Assembly: GCA_964016885.1 (NCBI GenBank)
Contig: OZ024742.1
Location: forward strand, 157,294,001 to 157,358,000
Direction of reading: 5' to 3'
Source of the DNA: Eledone cirrhosa
Lineage: Eukaryota
DNA: 64,000 nt
Shown: one piece after another, positions 60,774-64,000 of the stretch
Layout: every line of letters starts with the position of its first letter
Numbering within the stretch: the stretch's first letter is position 1
Notes under the pieces: generated by a model
Databases searched by the model: none
What the model saw: the letters and a program-made list of their open reading frames with translations, nothing else
What the model was told of the DNA's origin: nothing
Program-made: the position numbers and the translations under genes

Positions 60774-62848
60774 TGTTACCAACTATAGACCTATCACATG
60801 TCTGCCCGTAATGTGGAAACTGTTGACGAGCATTGTGTCTGAGGAAATCTACCATCACCTCCACACAAACAACTTGTTACCGGACGAACAGAAAGGATGC
60901 CGAAAGAAGTCACGTGGTACAAAGGACCAGTTGCTTATTGATAAGATGGTAATGGGGAATTGCAGGAGGAGACACACTGATCTTGCCATGGGATGGATAG
61001 ACTACAGAAAGGCATTTGACATGGTGCCTCATTCCTGGATCACCAAAAGCCTGGAGATCTTCAGGGTGGCAGATAACATCAGACAGTTGCTGGGCAGGAG
61101 TATGGGGTCCTGGGAGACAGAGTTGACATCAACTGGAGTATCCTTGGGAAGCGTGAAGATCAAGAGAGGTAACTTCCAGGGAGATAGCCTGTCCCCTCTG
61201 TTGTTTGTCCTTGCCCTGATGCCCTTGACCATTATGCTGCGAAAAGTGAGAGCAGGATACAAGTTGGGAAGGGGAGAGCTTACCATCGATCACCTCCTCT
61301 TCATGGACGATCTTAAGCTCTTCGGGAAAAGTGAGAAGGAGTTGGATGTGCTTGTTGACACTGTCCGTATTTTCAGCAGTGATATATGTATGCAGTTTGG
61401 TATTGGTAAATGTGGAGTCATTGTGATGAAGAGGGGTAGGTTGAGCAGAAGTAACGGGATCCAGATACCAACAGGTGAGATGATAAAGGAAATTGACTCT
61501 GAGGAAGGATACAAGTATTTGGGCGTTCTGGAGGCTGATGGCATAAAGAACAAAAAAAGGAAGGAATTGTTAAGAACTGAATACATTCGGAGAGTAAGGA
61601 GCGTATTGAAGTCACATCTGAACAGCAGAAATGCCATAAGCGCAGTAAATTCCCGAGCTGTGTCTATTATTAGGTACAGTGCGGGAATTCTGAGATGGAA
61701 TGTTGCTGAACAAAAAGAAATGGATATGAAGACTAGGAAGCTATTGACTATCTACAACATGTTCCACAAGAGGAGTGATGTCGATAGACTCTACCTAAGG
61801 AGATCTGAGGGTGGAAGAGGTCTTATCAGCATAGAGGACTGTGTTCAGATGGAGAAAAACAACCTATACAAATACGTGACCTATAGTAAGGAGCCAATGC
61901 TCAGAGCTGTACTGAAGGAGGGGACAGTAGGCCAGGGGATATCCAAGGAGGAAATAACATCAAGGAGGAAGAGCAGCCTTAAGGGAAAATCCCTTCATAG
62001 TACCTTCTTTGAGAAAACTGAATTTAGAGATCCACAGACATGGAACTGGTTGAGAAGAGGAGACCTCAAAAAGGCTACAGAAGGAATGCTAATGGCTGCG
62101 CAGGAGCAGGCCCTCAAAACGAAGTGGTTGAAGCACCATATCTACAAGGAGGAGGCTAGCCCACTGTGCAGGATCTGTGGAGAGAGAGAGGAGACTGTGG
62201 CTCACATTGTGTCCGAGTGTAAACACCTAGCCCAGACCAACTATAAGGGCTGGAGACACGATGTGATGGGCAGGGTGATCCACTGGCACCTGTGCAAAGT
62301 AAACAATTTACCACATTCTGAGAAATGGTATGAGCATAGGCCAGAGGCGGTATTGGAGAACAATCAGGTGAAGGTGCTGTGGGATTTTAGGATACAGACG
62401 GACAAAAAACTGGAACACAATAGACCTGACCTGGTGGTTGTGGACAAAGAAAAAAGATCGTGCCTGATTGTGGATGTGGCCTGCCCGTTCGACACGAGAG
62501 TGCAAGAGAAGGAGAGGGAGAAAATTAACCGACACCAGGACCTAAAGTGGGAGGTGAAAAGGATTTGGAACTGCCATGAAGTCAAAGTGATCCCGATTGT
62601 CATAGGCGCACTGGGGACTATCTCCAAAGGTTTCCAGGGATGGTTAAAGAAAATCGGCCCCTTCACGCTTTTTGGAACGCTTCAAAAGGCATGCTTGCTT
62701 GGAACAGCAAGAACCCTCCGATACGTCCTGAATATCTGAGGCTGCAGGTAGTGGCTTGATATTCAATCCAACGGACTTTCCAGTTAACCAACATCAATGA
62801 CTGAGATTCAAGGAATAACAACAATAATAATAATAATAATAATAATAA
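60772..62848 (+). mobile_element. R4/Dong-type non-LTR retrotransposon, 5'-truncated, flanked by (AAT)n
   Basis: Uninterrupted ORF, short 3' UTR, (AAT)n tail. Confidence 0.92.
60811..62739 (+). CDS. Reverse transcriptase + CCHC zinc knuckle + restriction-like endonuclease (N-terminally truncated; the frame is also open upstream, [10 protein letters not shown])
   Basis: [18 protein letters not shown]; [15 protein letters not shown]; [11 protein letters not shown]; [11 protein letters not shown]; YKYLG; [18 protein letters not shown]; RHD; RPDLVV..IVDVACP..EK; PIVIGALG. Confidence 0.93.
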   Translation: MWKLLTSIVSEEIYHHLHTNNLLPDEQKGCRKKSRGTKDQLLIDKMVMGNCRRRHTDLAMGWIDYRKAFDMVPHSWITKSLEIFRVADNIRQLLGRSMGSWETELTSTGVSLGSVKIKRGNFQGDSLSPLLFVLALMPLTIMLRKVRAGYKLGRGELTIDHLLFMDDLKLFGKSEKELDVLVDTVRIFSSDICMQFGIGKCGVIVMKRGRLSRSNGIQIPTGEMIKEIDSEEGYKYLGVLEADGIKNKKRKELLRTEYIRRVRSVLKSHLNSRNAISAVNSRAVSIIRYSAGILRWNVAEQKEMDMKTRKLLTIYNMFHKRSDVDRLYLRRSEGGRGLISIEDCVQMEKNNLYKYVTYSKEPMLRAVLKEGTVGQGISKEEITSRRKSSLKGKSLHSTFFEKTEFRDPQTWNWLRRGDLKKATEGMLMAAQEQALKTKWLKHHIYKEEASPLCRICGEREETVAHIVSECKHLAQTNYKGWRHDVMGRVIHWHLCKVNNLPHSEKWYEHRPEAVLENNQVKVLWDFRIQTDKKLEHNRPDLVVVDKEKRSCLIVDVACPFDTRVQEKEREKINRHQDLKWEVKRIWNCHEVKVIPIVIGALGTISKGFQGWLKKIGPFTLFGTLQKACLLGTARTLRYVLNI

Positions 62849-64000
62849 CATATATAAGAGAAACTCTAATAATTATAACTCAAACACACATACGCTAAAT
62901 AAATCGAGAATACGAACTAGATCTAAACCAGTCATATGATTTGTACCCCTTGCTTCGGTCGTAGTTAAAACACCAATTGCTATACTATTCTTTAAATCTA
63001 TTGTCACCTCTTTCCCTACTCAACATAAATACCATTCCATTTTTAATAGACATACCATTAAATTCGCAAATATTACAACCAGTAACATGGCCAAAAACAA
63101 CGTCAAATTAAACGCCAAAATCCTAAAACCAAACCAACATAATGTTCATAATAATAGAGTTAACATTAATGATACTAAACCAAAATGTAATTGTAGAAAT
63201 AAAACTAATTGCCCTTTGCAAAATAATTGTTTACATAGTAATTTGGTTTTTGCACCGAAAAACTGATCACAAAGCATACAATTACATTGGATCAACCTCA
63301 TCCACATTTAAAGCTCGTTTTGCGAACCATAAATGCTCATTCTCGAACTCTAAGAGGAAATCATCCACGTCTTTATCACAGCTCATATGGCCTTTAAAAG
63401 AGAAGAATTTAAAATACAATATTCTTTGGACAAAACTTCGGAACTGTGGAATTTACCGCCACACTAGTATATCAAGTAACTGCCCGCTCTGTACAATGGA
63501 GACCCTGTTGATTATTAATAATTACGAGACCCTAATTAACAAAAGAATTGAATTATTCTCTAGTTGTCTCCATAAAGCTACGTCCACTTTTTTAGCCTCA
63601 CATAAAACGAGAAAGAAAGAAACAATTACACCAAACCAATAACAACTCGGTTACCAGGAATATATAATCAACAGTTAAAAAAATATATTATTTGTTAACT
63701 TTGATAAATACCATCATTTCTTTATCTCCTTATTTCTCCATCTATCTTCCTATCTATGCCTATAATTTAGTATGATACCTAATCCTTACATATTTACGGA
63801 ATTTATTTAACTGTGAATTTTTAATACATTTGTGATCTCTTAAATTTTAGTTTAATACCCAATCCATAAATTTTTATGAAACTTATCTATAACTCTAAAA
63901 TTTTAATGAGTTTTTAATCTATTATTTATAGTATAATATAGCATACATTTCTTTTAAATATATTTACTGCTCTATAACATCTAAAATTTGAGACGGATTC

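Larger units (their letters stand above)
60170..64000 (+). mobile_element. 5'-truncated Naiad-type PLE with inverted pLTR tail, split by a SINE and an R4/Dong LINE
   Basis: 60170-60315 is the reverse of the 25430-25575 tail. KRINKISPNKDIFDKNAEYYNNALKRAGY (60351+) resumes after ~62850 with HKYHSIFNRHTIK, KCNCRNKTNCPLQNNCL, YIGSTSSTFKARFANH and CPLCTME; stop 63642. Confidence 0.88.

Overview
AT-rich eukaryotic, almost entirely repetitive DNA. The SINE types and extreme (TA)n/(CA)n/(GA)n/(AAT)n microsatellite load suggest an octopod cephalopod; this is inferred, not proven. No host gene can be supported, and most ORF-track entries are microsatellite translations. The window holds: (i) four Penelope-like retroelement (PLE) copies of Naiad type (RT plus C-terminal GIY-YIG), one complete with both pseudo-LTRs (45130-47999); (ii) more than a dozen type I hammerhead ribozyme (HHR) motifs, mostly in solo or fold-back pLTR fragments sitting in (TA)n; (iii) a decayed Helitron, a decayed CR1-type LINE, an RTE 3' fragment and two R4/Dong-type LINEs, one with an intact 642-aa ORF inserted in (AAT)n; (iv) many tRNA-derived SINEs. 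The most striking system is at 54449-59229: ORF-less tandem units of exactly 468 bp from two diverged families. Each unit has one HHR and the same ordered series of hairpins kept by compensatory changes, i.e. a candidate retrozyme/viroid-like circular RNA mobilised by PLE machinery. A second highlight is a set of fold-back insertions whose turning points fall at HHR cleavage sites or HHR stem II.
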